NCBI GenBank assembly: GCA_013694695.1
Contig: JACDBX010000045.1
Coordinates: 1-57,467, forward strand
From: Gemmatimonadales bacterium
Lineage (GTDB): Bacteria; Gemmatimonadota; Gemmatimonadetes; Gemmatimonadales; GWC2-71-9
DNA: 57,467 nt
Direction: 5' to 3'
A program made the position numbers and the translations under genes. Of the stretch, positions 18,849-28,528 are shown piece by piece (position 1 is the first letter of the stretch; the number at the start of each line of letters is the position of its first letter). The notes under the pieces were generated by a model, which worked only from the letters and a program-made list of their open reading frames with translations, was not told the origin of the DNA and did no database searches.

Positions 18849-19340
18849 ATGGAACTCGAAACGCTGGAAAAATTGTATGTCGACGAGCTCAAGGATCTCT
18901 GGAGCGCCGAGAACCAGATCCTCAAGGCCCTGCCGAAGATGATCAAGGCAGCGTCCCACCGCGAGCTCAAGCAGGCCTTCACCGCCCACGAGAAGCAGAC
19001 CAAGGAGCACGTGAAGCGCCTCGAGCAGGTGTGTGACAAACTCGGATACTCACCCCGCGGGAAGAAGTGCATCGGCATGGAGGGCCTGCTCAAGGAAGGT
19101 TCGGCGCTGATCAGCGAACGGCCCGACCCGGACGTTCTCGACGCCGGCCTGATCTCGGCGGCACAACACGTCGAGCACTACGAGATGGCGGGATACGGGA
19201 CGGCGAGAACCTGGGCGCGGCTGCTGGGATACGACGACCAGGCCGACATCCTGCAGAAGACGCTCGATGAGGAGGGGGATACCGACAAGCTCCTGACCGA
19301 GCTTGCCGAGAAATCGATCAATATCCAGGCGGTCGCCTGA
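18849..19340 (+). CDS. ferritin-like DUF892 (YciE/YciF) protein
   Basis: ELKDLWSAENQ, HEKQT..HVKRL, QHVEHYEMAGYG, TLDEE..TD. Confidence 0.92.
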   Translation: MELETLEKLYVDELKDLWSAENQILKALPKMIKAASHRELKQAFTAHEKQTKEHVKRLEQVCDKLGYSPRGKKCIGMEGLLKEGSALISERPDPDVLDAGLISAAQHVEHYEMAGYGTARTWARLLGYDDQADILQKTLDEEGDTDKLLTELAEKSINIQAVA

Positions 19341-19347
19341 GGACATG

Positions 19348-19378
19348 AAAAAGCCCGTCCTCCATGCGGGGGACGGGC
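19348..19378 (-). terminator. intrinsic terminator after tRNA-Cys (possibly bidirectional)
   Basis: Minus strand GCCCGTCCCCC-GCAT-GGAGGACGGGC followed by TTTTT. Confidence 0.75.
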
Positions 19379-19380
19379 AG

Positions 19381-19451
<71 letters not shown>

Positions 19452-19462
19452 GAAGAGCGCGG

Positions 19463-19491
19463 ATTCTAGCCCCGCCCGCGGTTCCGGGCAA
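19463..19491 (-). promoter_or_regulatory. sigma70-like promoter of tRNA-Cys
   Basis: TTGCCC-N17-TAGAAT. Confidence 0.65.
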
Positions 19492-19500
19492 ACGTCCGGG

Positions 19501-19926
19501 TCAGGCGGGGCCACCGACGCGACCCGCAAATACGCCGATGCAGCGATCCTCGACCACCATGATCCCTGCCTCCCGCAGCCGCCGTGCAGCGTCGGCATCT
19601 GCCAGACCGGTCTGGAACCAGACCGCCCGCGGGCGCCGGTCCGGTGCCATGGCGAGCACATCGTCGGCTACCCCGGGAAGGGCATCGACGCGACGGAAGA
19701 CGTTGACGATGTCGGGCACCACGTCGAGCGCGGCCAGGTCGGGGACACTATCCCGGCCCAGGGCGGAGGTGATCGTCGGGTTGACGGGACGGACGTCGTA
19801 ACCGAGTTGCTGCAAGCGCCGTGGCACCGCGTGCGCGGCCTCATGCAGTTCCGTGTCATCCTTCATCCCCACCACGGCAATCGTGCGGGCCGCGCGGAGC
19901 AGCTCCGGAATTTCCGAATCATCCAT
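19501..19926 (-). CDS. CoA-binding protein (YccU-like)
   Basis: TIAVVG, GYDVRPVNP, DIVNVFRR, VWFQTG, VVEDRC. Confidence 0.88.
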   Translation of the reverse strand: MDDSEIPELLRAARTIAVVGMKDDTELHEAAHAVPRRLQQLGYDVRPVNPTITSALGRDSVPDLAALDVVPDIVNVFRRVDALPGVADDVLAMAPDRRPRAVWFQTGLADADAARRLREAGIMVVEDRCIGVFAGRVGGPA

Positions 19927-19977
19927 CCTGGGTCAACTCCCCCATAAAAAGAACCGCCACGGCCACCGTCGACGCGA

Positions 19978-20145
19978 TCACCGAGAGCGCCCGTCGGTGA
20001 ATCCTGCCACGCTCGTGACCAGGAAGATCACCAGCAACAGAAAGAAGAGGATCTTCGCGATCGACGCCGACGGACCGACCACGCCGAACCCGAACACCGC
20101 CGCCACGAGCGCCAGCACGAGGAAGATGACTGCGAACCATCTCAT
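19978..20145 (-). CDS. DUF1328 (YtjA-like) small membrane protein
   Basis: FLVLALVAAVFGFG...IAKILFF. Confidence 0.85.
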   Translation of the reverse strand: MRWFAVIFLVLALVAAVFGFGVVGPSASIAKILFFLLLVIFLVTSVAGFTDGRSR

Positions 20146-20257
20146 GGCATCCCTCTGGTAGAGCATCCGGGTTGCAGCATCGAACTCGTTCCTGAGGATT
20201 GACGGCCGAACGGTGCGCCGCCGACACAGCAGCGGTTGCCGTGGAGTGCGGCCCCGT

Positions 20258-21475
20258 TCAACGATCGGCCCGGAACAGGCGCAAATCGGACGGTGGTGCG
20301 CCGAGGCACGCGGAGGCGAGGAGACGCGCAGCTACCACTGCGAACGTGATGCCGTTTCCCCCGTAGCCGAGTGCGTACCATGCGCCCGGCATGCCGCCGA
20401 CCGGCCCGATGATCGGCAGGCCATCGTCGGTCGCGACAAACGTCCCAGCCCACGAGAACTCCATGCTTGCGCCGAGCGCGGGGAGCATCCGATCGAGCTT
20501 GCGTTGCAGCATGCGGGTCCGCTGCGGCAGCAGCCGATCGCGGTCGTCGGCAGACGTGAAGTCGACATCGCCGCCTCCCACCAGGATGCGCCGCTCGTCA
20601 GTGGTTCGCAGGTAGGTGTACGGCCGTCGTGTTTCCCACACCATGCAGCCATCCTCCAGCGGACCGAGATCGTCGAGCGGTTCGGTGACCATCGCGTATG
20701 TGCTGTGGCGCGTGACCTGGGAGCCGAGCAGTGACTCCGGAACCTCGTACCCGATTGCCAGCACGACTTGTCGCGCCTGGAGCGGGCCGCGGTCGGTCTC
20801 GATCACGAAACCGCCCTCGGCCGGGACCACACGGGTCGCCGTTGTTCGCGGCATGAGGCCGCCACCGCGCGCGAGGGTGCGCGCCAGCAGTGCGCGGCAG
20901 AGCCGCACCGGATCGACCACCGCGGCGTGCTCATTCCGCAGGGCCCCTCGCGAGAGAAGCCCGTAGCGACGGCGCACCTCGGCCGCGCTCCATTCTGCCA
21001 CTTCAAATCCGGCGGCCGTGCGCGCCGCCACCTCCCTCGTCACCTCTGCTGCGCCCGCCTTCGACGTCGCGAGATAGAGTGAGGGACGCGGCGCATACCC
21101 GCAGTCATCCCCGAGCGAGCGGACGATCTGGCTGAGTTCCCGCACGGCATCAAAGCAAAGGGTGTACGCACGCCTCGCATCGTCCGCGCCGGTGCGTGCG
21201 GTGAGCTGGTAGAGCTGGGTATCGAGTTCGTACTGCACGAGGGCAGTGCTGACTGCCGTGCTGCCGTAGCCGGGGGCGCGGCGATCGACGAGTGTCACGT
21301 CGAGGCCTGCGTCGGTGAGGCGATCCGCCACCATAACTCCGGTGATCCCCGCGCCAATCACCGCCACGTCACATTGTGCGCGGCGCACTTCCGGCTGTTC
21401 GGCCAGGCCATTCCGGACCAGCCACCATGGCGCGCCGGAGTGGAGTTTCCGGGGATCGTCGAGGAGGTTGATCAC
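20258..21475 (-). CDS. FAD-dependent oxidoreductase (DAO/PuuB-like)
   Basis: IGAGITG, GSTAVST, DGLPIIG, GYGGNGITF; GTG overlaps the upstream TGA. Confidence 0.88.
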   Translation of the reverse strand: MINLLDDPRKLHSGAPWWLVRNGLAEQPEVRRAQCDVAVIGAGITGVMVADRLTDAGLDVTLVDRRAPGYGSTAVSTALVQYELDTQLYQLTARTGADDARRAYTLCFDAVRELSQIVRSLGDDCGYAPRPSLYLATSKAGAAEVTREVAARTAAGFEVAEWSAAEVRRRYGLLSRGALRNEHAAVVDPVRLCRALLARTLARGGGLMPRTTATRVVPAEGGFVIETDRGPLQARQVVLAIGYEVPESLLGSQVTRHSTYAMVTEPLDDLGPLEDGCMVWETRRPYTYLRTTDERRILVGGGDVDFTSADDRDRLLPQRTRMLQRKLDRMLPALGASMEFSWAGTFVATDDGLPIIGPVGGMPGAWYALGYGGNGITFAVVAARLLASACLGAPPSDLRLFRADR

Positions 21476-21882
21476 TGCTCGTGCGGGGCTGTCGGCCCGG
21501 GTTCGACGGTGAGCGTCAGCAGCCGCCGGCAACTGTCGCACGTCATCGGGATCGGACCGTCGATACTTGGAAACCCGAAACCGCCTCCGATCGCCTGCGG
21601 GGCGGCGCACTTGGGACAGGCCACCCCCACCCGCCCGAGCCGCGCGGCAACGCGGAGCTGCTTCACGGCAATCACGATCGCCGTGAGAAGCGCCAGCGGA
21701 ATGCCCACCAGGTGGATGATCGGGATCGGGATCAGCGCGGCCGCGGCCGCGGCACCGATCAAGAGCGCAACAATCGCGCGCCGGGTGCGCTGACGGGGCG
21801 AGAACACCGTCACGGTGGTGGTGGCGTGGGTCGACGCGGCGCCATCGGTGCTCAGGGTAAGCGTGGCGCTGCGTTCAGGCAC
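21472..21882 (-). CDS. membrane protein with C-terminal CxxC..CxxC zinc ribbon
   Basis: Two TM helices (IPIIH loop), CPKC and CDSC. Confidence 0.7.
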   Translation of the reverse strand: MPERSATLTLSTDGAASTHATTTVTVFSPRQRTRRAIVALLIGAAAAAALIPIPIIHLVGIPLALLTAIVIAVKQLRVAARLGRVGVACPKCAAPQAIGGGFGFPSIDGPIPMTCDSCRRLLTLTVEPGPTAPHEQ

Positions 21883-22669
21883 CGGCGTTGCTCCGGGTGT
21901 GGGCGGTTCCCCTGAAGAATATGACGGCGGTGGCGATCCACAGGGGGATGTCGCCGAACAGCTTCATCGTCAGGCCGGCAAGCTGGATGTCCTCGTTGGC
22001 GGAGAAGTGGGGGACGACGCGGGGCGCCAACTCATACAGCTCGTAAAGGGGCCAGTCGCTGAAAACCATCATCATTGCGGGAATTGTCGGGATGATCGTC
22101 GCGGCGAAGAGAAATCCCATCTTGCCGAACATACCGAGCCGGCCGATCGGTGCGGGCGCCGCGATCGGCCACCAGAGCAGCAGTCCCGCCACCAACCACG
22201 CGAGATCGATCCCGAACGATCCGAGCTGCGTCGTCATTGCGCCATCGACCACCGAGGGGAAGTGGGTCACCACCACCAATGTGTCGTAGGCAACGAGGGC
22301 GATGAGTGGGTGCGCCAGCAGGCGAAATGCGCCGAACGTCCGTGACCCGGGGCGTGCGGAGTGAGGCCAGCCGTCGTCGGGGATGCTGCGGATCAGCGCT
22401 GGCGCCACCAGCAGCGTGAGCAGCAGGAACTGCAGGGTGTGGACCGACGCGAGATAACCGGCTCCCAGCTTGCCGACCGGCCAGTCGAGCGTCGCCAGCA
22501 GCGCCACCATGGCGGTCAGGAACCATCCCCATGGGCGGGTTGACCATCGCTGCGCGCGACCCAGCAGGTACCAGGCGACGCCCAGCACCACCACGGCGAG
22601 ATGCACGCCGGGATACCACTGCCAGGTCCAGCTCCACGGTTCGCCGGTCGCGGCGCACCACCATTGCAT
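21875..22669 (-). CDS. ctaG: cytochrome c oxidase assembly protein, Caa3_CtaG family
   Basis: YLASVHTLQ..L, HP, THFP, LLLWWP, DIQLAGLTMK. Confidence 0.82.
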   Translation of the reverse strand: MQWWCAATGEPWSWTWQWYPGVHLAVVVLGVAWYLLGRAQRWSTRPWGWFLTAMVALLATLDWPVGKLGAGYLASVHTLQFLLLTLLVAPALIRSIPDDGWPHSARPGSRTFGAFRLLAHPLIALVAYDTLVVVTHFPSVVDGAMTTQLGSFGIDLAWLVAGLLLWWPIAAPAPIGRLGMFGKMGFLFAATIIPTIPAMMMVFSDWPLYELYELAPRVVPHFSANEDIQLAGLTMKLFGDIPLWIATAVIFFRGTAHTRSNAGA

Positions 22670-22671
22670 CG

Positions 22672-23295
22672 CTAGTCTGTTCCCGCGTCGGGGGGGCGAC
22701 CGAATGCCACCAGCTTCGGGATGTCCTCGGCCCAGTCGCGCTGCCGGGTTCCGAACGGGTACTGCACCCGGGCGAGGCCGTCGCGCGTGAACGCGATGAC
22801 CTGCGTCGCGTGGCCGACGCCATAATGATTGCGCTCCTGCGCAGCAGTCCGAAGGGCGGGAATCAACCCGAGCTGCGCCTGCGCATCGGCGATCGTGGCG
22901 CTGTCGCCTGTGAGACCGACGAATCGCGAGTCGAACCCCGTGACCCAGCGGTCGAGCACCGCGAGCGAATCACGGGCCGGATCGGTCGTCACGAACACGA
23001 CCATCACGTCACGCTGCACGTCGTCCGGCATCTTGTCGAGCACGGCAGCAATGTTGGCGAGGTGCACCGGACAGATGTCAGGGCAGTGCGTGTACCCGAA
23101 GAACAGCAGGGTCACGCGGTCGGCGGTGGCCTGCACGAGATCGAAGGGCTGGCCGCGCGAATCGGTGAACACGAGCGCCGGTTTCGGCAACGGACGGTCC
23201 AGCTCTGCGCCCCGGAACGGACCCGACGAGGGGGGTGCGCCGGGTGCGCAGGCAGCGATCGCCAGGGTGGCGATCACCGCCCTGCCGAAGCGCAT
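22672..23295 (-). CDS. SCO family copper chaperone (lipoprotein)
   Basis: Lipobox IAAC, FGYTHCPDICP, TDPARD, YGVGH. Confidence 0.93.
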   Translation of the reverse strand: MRFGRAVIATLAIAACAPGAPPSSGPFRGAELDRPLPKPALVFTDSRGQPFDLVQATADRVTLLFFGYTHCPDICPVHLANIAAVLDKMPDDVQRDVMVVFVTTDPARDSLAVLDRWVTGFDSRFVGLTGDSATIADAQAQLGLIPALRTAAQERNHYGVGHATQVIAFTRDGLARVQYPFGTRQRDWAEDIPKLVAFGRPPDAGTD

Positions 23296-23654
23296 CACTC
23301 GACCGGGTTGATCGTGAACGCGTACGTCCCGCGAATGGCGTGGCCGTCTGCACCGGCAGTGCGCCACCGCACCAGGTAACGGCCCGCCGGAAGCGGCCGG
23401 GCGAGCTTCCCTTCGACCATCGTCGGCTTCGCCCCCACCGCGACCGCGAGCTTGGCCACCTCGGTAGAGTCCTGCGCGAGGATTGAAACCGCCGACAGCT
23501 TGATGTTGACCGGTGCCGAGAAAGTGAGGGCGACCTTGGAAAGCGGCGCGTTCACCACTTCGTCCTTGCCGGGAAAGGAGCTAACGAGGCTGAGATGCCA
23601 CGTGCCCGCGGCGAGGAGGACAGCAGCAGCGAGAGCGACCAGGGACCTCGGCAT
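23295..23654 (-). CDS. copC: CopC copper-binding protein
   Basis: Signal peptide then HLSLVSSFP; GRYLVRWR..GADGH.IRG. Confidence 0.88.
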   Translation of the reverse strand: MPRSLVALAAAVLLAAGTWHLSLVSSFPGKDEVVNAPLSKVALTFSAPVNIKLSAVSILAQDSTEVAKLAVAVGAKPTMVEGKLARPLPAGRYLVRWRTAGADGHAIRGTYAFTINPVE

Positions 23655-23737
23655 CTGACACCTCGGGCAAATGTGTGGCGGAGTGGCTGGACAGGGCCCA
23701 GACATAATAAACGCCGCCTGCTACATGGGAGTTTCGC

Positions 23738-24799
23738 TCAGGAATCGAGCAGCACGCCGAGCGGCTCCAGCGACGGGATCCGATCGACAATCACCTTGAC
23801 CATCACCGTGAGCGGCACGGCCAGCACGGCCCCGGTGATCCCCCACACCCAGCCCCAGAAAAGAAAGCCGAGAAACACCGCGACCGGGTTGAGCGGGAGG
23901 CGGCGTCCCATGAGGGTCGGTGTCACGATGTTCGCCTCGATGAGGTTGATCGCGAAGAATGCCCCCACGGCCATGAAGGCCTGGGAGGGCGCATCGAAGG
24001 ACACGAGGCCGGCGAGGCCGATGATGACCATTGTCGCGATCGCGCCGATGTAGGGGAGGAAGTTGAACACTCCCGCAACCACGCCCCAGAGTCCGGGATT
24101 CGGCATCCCGATCAGCAGGAGCGCTCCGTAGGTGCAGAGCCCCACGCCCACGTTGATCATCGCAGCGGTGAGCAGGAACGTCGACATCTGCGCCTGCATG
24201 TCTCGCAGGAGGTCCTGCACGTTGCTGTGATGCCGCCGGTGCACGAACTCCGCGACTTTCTCGCGGAACCGCTCACCCTGCGCCAGCAGGAAGAAGCTCA
24301 GGAAAATCACCGTCGCAAAGCTGCCCAGGAAGTGCAACGTCGTGCCGGACACCTTCGACATCAACCCGTCCTGGGCAACCTTGACGGAGCGGACGGGGTC
24401 GTTGTTCGGGCTGGTGATCTCCTCGACCTTCTCGGCGGTGCGCTGCAGCTTCTCGATTGGCTTCATCAGACGATTGATCTTCACCTGCGCAGTGGTGAGG
24501 GTGCGGGGCGCCCGCTCGATCCACGACGCGGCCGGCGTCGCAAAGAGGTAGACAAGGGTTCCGAAGGCGATCACGGTGCCGAACACCACCACGCCCGCCG
24601 CAAGGCTCGTGGGGACCCTGCGTCGTACCAGCCAGCGCACCGGTTTCGCGAGCAGCAGCGCGAAGAGCGCGGCCACGGCCACCGGGAGCAGTAATGCACT
24701 CGCCAGGCGCATGGCAGTGATCGCGAGGATGATGAAAATGCCGGGCAACGCCCACCGCTGGATCAGGCCGAGCGGTGTGCCGGGCGTCGGACTTGTCAT
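23738..24799 (-). CDS. AI-2E family transporter
   Basis: NFLPYIG, EANIVTP.LMG, WGWVWG..GAVLAVP. Confidence 0.92.
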   Translation of the reverse strand: MTSPTPGTPLGLIQRWALPGIFIILAITAMRLASALLLPVAVAALFALLLAKPVRWLVRRRVPTSLAAGVVVFGTVIAFGTLVYLFATPAASWIERAPRTLTTAQVKINRLMKPIEKLQRTAEKVEEITSPNNDPVRSVKVAQDGLMSKVSGTTLHFLGSFATVIFLSFFLLAQGERFREKVAEFVHRRHHSNVQDLLRDMQAQMSTFLLTAAMINVGVGLCTYGALLLIGMPNPGLWGVVAGVFNFLPYIGAIATMVIIGLAGLVSFDAPSQAFMAVGAFFAINLIEANIVTPTLMGRRLPLNPVAVFLGFLFWGWVWGITGAVLAVPLTVMVKVIVDRIPSLEPLGVLLDS

Positions 24800-24845
24800 C
24801 GGTCACTCCAGCCGCCGGTGCGCCGTGGGGCGCGACGCGCCGTAA

Positions 24846-26441
24846 TCAGCGGCTGCGCGTCGAGGTCGAGAACGTGAATCCCTTGCCCACCACCAGTACC
24901 CATCCCGCCGGTTCGCGATCGGTGGCAAATCGTCGGGCGATGTCGATGCGAGTCGCTTCCTGGTCGGGTGCCCGTGACGGCCCAAGTCGCACGCCGACTC
25001 CCGCGTCCCAACCGCTACGACGTTTCTCTCCCTGCCACCATGCACCGCCATGGTCGACAAAACCGGCGAGACCGATCCCGGTCACGTCGAGGAAATCCCG
25101 CGCCACCGTATACCGGTACTCCGCCGTGACGGTGTACTGTCGGTCGCCGGTGAAGGCGTGTTCCTGGAAGGCACGGGGGCCGGTGCCGAGGCCGAGGTCG
25201 AACTCGCTCCCCGGCGCGGGGCGGGAGAGCGCCCCCACATCGGCGTGCAGCACGACATGGTGCCGATTCGAAGGGAGGAGCACCGCCGTCAACCCGAGGT
25301 AGACCTGCCCCGAATCGAGCCCGGTGCTGCTGAACAGGCCGCTGGCCGCCAGATCGGCCACCGCGAAGCCGCCCGCAAAGGATCGGCCGGCGTGCACGCT
25401 GACGCCCGGGGCAATGCCGTCGCGGTCGTACCCGAACGCGCGCGGCGCCAGCAGCATGGAGAAGCGGACCACGCGGCTGAGGTCGATATCCTCGCTGCGG
25501 CCGAAGCTCTCATACCCCTCGACCTCCAGGAACTTGGCTTGGCGCCACTCGGCAAATCCACCCACCGCGCCAGTGACGGTGCGGGTGAGCCCCGCAGCGT
25601 CGGACACCGCCTGTGTGGCGTAGTCATCGCGGCGAAGTTGCGCGAGCACTCCGGCCCGGAGGTAACCCGCACTGGACGCTCGCAGCGCTCGTGCAGCCTC
25701 GACGCGCGCCAGCACATACCGCCGCTGCAGGGTATCGCTGGCGGTGTCGGCGAGTCCACCGCGAAACCGCAGCACCCGTTCACGCCGGGTGTCGAACGTC
25801 AATGCTCCGCCGAACGGCGACGTCAGCGAGAAGAACGGATACGACGTCGTCGCGTTGAACAGCTCGCCGTCGCTGCGGTTGAAGAACGTCGCGGCAACGC
25901 CGACCTTTCCCGCAATGAGGCGGCGCTTCCGGAAGCCCAGGATCGTGGTGGTCCGATCCGGATCCTTGCGGTACAGCACCTGTGTCTGGGTAGCCGTGCC
26001 GAGGAGGTTGTCCTCGATCAGCGCGGCGGTGTAGACGATCGAACCGCCGGTCGAACGAAAACGGAAGTCGGGCCGGGTGCTCCAGCCGTCGTGAGTCGTC
26101 ACGGCAATGGTGAGGCCGGAGTCGGTCCGGACACTGTCGATCGAGACATCGCGGAAGATGCCGAAGCGTCGGAGGTTCCGCTCCGTCTCCGCCACCCGGG
26201 CCGAATCGTAGGGTTCCCCCTCGCTGAACAGGAACTCGCGCCGAATGACCGCAGCCTGGGTGCGGATATGGAGCCGGTTCACGATCCGGGTGATCCACGA
26301 GCGGCCGTCGTCGTCGAAGATGTTGCGGCGATCGAGCGTGATGCGCGAGACGACCGGGACGGTGTCGGCCGGGGCCTGCGCCACCACCGACCAGGGAGCG
26401 AGGAGAAGAATCAGCGCCGTGCGCAGCGCCTGGCGGGGCAC
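24846..26441 (-). CDS. BamA/TamA-like outer membrane protein with a single POTRA domain
   Basis: Signal peptide, VIRREFLF.EG..ETERNLR, GPRAF loop, AEYR, FVDHG. Confidence 0.8.
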   Translation of the reverse strand: MPRQALRTALILLLAPWSVVAQAPADTVPVVSRITLDRRNIFDDDGRSWITRIVNRLHIRTQAAVIRREFLFSEGEPYDSARVAETERNLRRFGIFRDVSIDSVRTDSGLTIAVTTHDGWSTRPDFRFRSTGGSIVYTAALIEDNLLGTATQTQVLYRKDPDRTTTILGFRKRRLIAGKVGVAATFFNRSDGELFNATTSYPFFSLTSPFGGALTFDTRRERVLRFRGGLADTASDTLQRRYVLARVEAARALRASSAGYLRAGVLAQLRRDDYATQAVSDAAGLTRTVTGAVGGFAEWRQAKFLEVEGYESFGRSEDIDLSRVVRFSMLLAPRAFGYDRDGIAPGVSVHAGRSFAGGFAVADLAASGLFSSTGLDSGQVYLGLTAVLLPSNRHHVVLHADVGALSRPAPGSEFDLGLGTGPRAFQEHAFTGDRQYTVTAEYRYTVARDFLDVTGIGLAGFVDHGGAWWQGEKRRSGWDAGVGVRLGPSRAPDQEATRIDIARRFATDREPAGWVLVVGKGFTFSTSTRSR

Positions 26442-26451
26442 GACGATCAGC

Positions 26452-26715
26452 TCAGCTCAGGCTCTCGAGCAGGCGCCACAGCTCCAGAGGAGAGAATTCC
26501 GCGAAGCGGGCCTTCACGTCCTGTGCGCTCCACTCGCGGAAGATCCACGCCGAGCTGCGCCGGACGTCACCGGCGACGAAATGCACCCGCCCGGTGGCAA
26601 CGGGGCCGTCCTGGCGCGTCTCGAGATGCACCGACCACGTCGTGCCGCCCCGGGCCAGGTCGCCCATGTGGTCGGCATTCGAGAGGTCGATGGTGTCCGG
26701 GGATGGTGTGGTCAT
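26452..26715 (-). CDS. small hypothetical protein
   Basis: 87 aa protein-like ORF ending 10 nt upstream of the BamA-like start. Confidence 0.6.
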   Translation of the reverse strand: MTTPSPDTIDLSNADHMGDLARGGTTWSVHLETRQDGPVATGRVHFVAGDVRRSSAWIFREWSAQDVKARFAEFSPLELWRLLESLS

Positions 26716-26790
26716 CAGTGCCGTGAGAAGGATTCCAAAGGGTAGCGAGAGAGGCCACCCAGCGCCAGCGGAGGCCGATGCCTTGAGGAC

Positions 26791-26796
26791 TATAAT
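26791..26796 (+). promoter_or_regulatory. -10 box
   Basis: Perfect TATAAT in the divergent intergenic region. Confidence 0.5.
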
Positions 26797-26856
26797 TCGG
26801 CGCTTGGATGCGCCCGGCAGGCGCATCGACCGACGTCCCGATCCCGGAGCACCAGC

Positions 26857-27648
26857 TTGAGCGCGCCCACCACCTGTGCCCGATGCGACAACCCGGCCAG
26901 CGGAAATTTCTGCGCCACCTGTGGCGCGACCCTCGCGCCGGGTATCTGCGCGGGCTGTGGCGCCGAGCTGGGTCCGGGCGCGCGCTTCTGTCATCGGTGC
27001 GGGATTGTCGCGCCGGGTGCCGCACCCGCCCCGGGGATGACGCCGACTCCACGCAGCAGTTCCACCCCATGGATCGTCGCCGCGGTGCTGATCGTCGCGT
27101 CGGTCGGCGCGGTCGCGTGGGCCGCCACCAACCGGGACGACCCGAAGACACCGTCAATGGCCAATCCGGGCAACGCAGCGACCACGGGGACAGCTCCTGC
27201 CGGGCCGGCCCCCGACATCTCGTCGATGTCGCCGCGAGAGCGGTTCGATCGCCTGCACGACCGCGTGATCAGCGCGGCGGAGCGGAGCGATACCAACACC
27301 GTGATCCAGTTCTGGGACATGGCCGCAGAGTCGTACAACATGTTGCCGGCGGCCGACCGCGACACCGATGCCCGCTATCACATGGCGGCGCTCCACCTGC
27401 TGGTCGGACGATTCCCATCGGCGCTGGCGCTCGCCGACTCGATCCTCACAGCCTCACCCGGTAACCTGACGGCGTATTACATCCGCGGGATGGCAGCCGA
27501 TTTCGAGGGGAACACCGCTGCACTGCGGGTCGCGCAGCAGGACTTCCGCAGTCACTACGCGGCGGAGATCAACAAGCCGCAACCGGAGTACACCCACCAT
27601 CGACCGATGCTCGATGCCTACCTGACGTCGATTGGAGACGCGCCATGA
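26857..27648 (+). CDS. double zinc-ribbon, single-TM protein with TPR-like C-terminal domain
   Basis: TTG start with GGAG SD; CARC/CATC/CAGC/CHRC; one TM; helical C-terminus. Confidence 0.78.
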   Translation: MSAPTTCARCDNPASGNFCATCGATLAPGICAGCGAELGPGARFCHRCGIVAPGAAPAPGMTPTPRSSSTPWIVAAVLIVASVGAVAWAATNRDDPKTPSMANPGNAATTGTAPAGPAPDISSMSPRERFDRLHDRVISAAERSDTNTVIQFWDMAAESYNMLPAADRDTDARYHMAALHLLVGRFPSALALADSILTASPGNLTAYYIRGMAADFEGNTAALRVAQQDFRSHYAAEINKPQPEYTHHRPMLDAYLTSIGDAP

Positions 27649-28484
27649 GCCAGGTGATCCGGGTGGCACATAGCCCCGATTCGGACGACGCATTCATGTT
27701 CTACGCGCTCGCCAAGGGAAAGATCGACACCGGAGCGCTCCGCTACGAGCACGAACTCCAGGACATCGAGACGCTGAACCACCGTGCCCGCCGACGGGAA
27801 CTCGACGTGTCGGCCGTGTCGATCCACGCCTATCCGTACATCGCACGGGATTACGCCCTGCTCTCGAGCGGATCATCGATGGGCGATGGTTACGGCCCTC
27901 GCCTGGTTTCCCCGCAACCGCCTCCGGAGGATCCGCGCGCCGCCGCACGGGGCCGCCGGATCGCGGTGCCGGGACTGCTCACCACGGCGTACCTCGCCCT
28001 GCGCCTCTGGCAGCCCGACTTCGAGCCGGTGGTGATGGCGTTCGACCAGATCGAACCCGCACTCCACCGCGGCGACATCGACCTGGGCCTGCTGATTCAC
28101 GAGGGCCAGCTCACCCACGCCGACGACGGGCTGCAGCTCTGGGTCGACATGGGCGCTTGGTGGCTCGCCGACACCGGCCTTCCGCTTCCGCTCGGTGGCA
28201 ACGTGGTGCGGCGCGACCTGGGTGCGGAGGTGATCGCCCAGGTCTCGCGCGACCTGCGCGCCAGCATCGAGTACGCCCTGGCGCATCGTGACGACGCACT
28301 CGCCCACGCCTCGCGGTACAATCGCGGGATCTCGGACGAGCGCACCGATGCATTCGTGGGGATGTATGTCAACGACTGGACGGTGGATTACGGTGCCCGC
28401 GGACGAGAGGCGGTGCAGTTGCTGCTCGATCGCGCCGCCGCAGCAGGCATCATCCCCGAGCGCGTGTCGGTCGACTTCGTGTAG
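27645..28484 (+). CDS. mqnD: MqnD-type 1,4-dihydroxy-6-naphthoate synthase (futalosine menaquinone pathway)
   Basis: HSPDSDDAFMFYAL, DIETLN, GYGP, LLIHEG, LPLPLG, MYVN. Confidence 0.82.
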   Translation: MSQVIRVAHSPDSDDAFMFYALAKGKIDTGALRYEHELQDIETLNHRARRRELDVSAVSIHAYPYIARDYALLSSGSSMGDGYGPRLVSPQPPPEDPRAAARGRRIAVPGLLTTAYLALRLWQPDFEPVVMAFDQIEPALHRGDIDLGLLIHEGQLTHADDGLQLWVDMGAWWLADTGLPLPLGGNVVRRDLGAEVIAQVSRDLRASIEYALAHRDDALAHASRYNRGISDERTDAFVGMYVNDWTVDYGARGREAVQLLLDRAAAAGIIPERVSVDFV

Positions 28485-28491
28485 GTGGGTG

Positions 28492-28515
28492 GGCGCGACC
28501 CCGATGGGTCGCGTC
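28492..28515. terminator. hairpin between convergent genes
   Basis: GGCGCGACCC-CGAT-GGGTCGCGTC; no U tract. Confidence 0.45.
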
Positions 28516-28528
28516 GCCGGGAGCCGCG

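Noticed and set aside
23655-23705. Cys-rich in-frame extension MSGPCPATPPHICPRCQ of CopC as a metal-sensing leader
   Set aside because: Its ATG lies inside a likely -10 box (TATTAT), and the downstream ATG 23654 has a GAGG SD and a proper signal peptide
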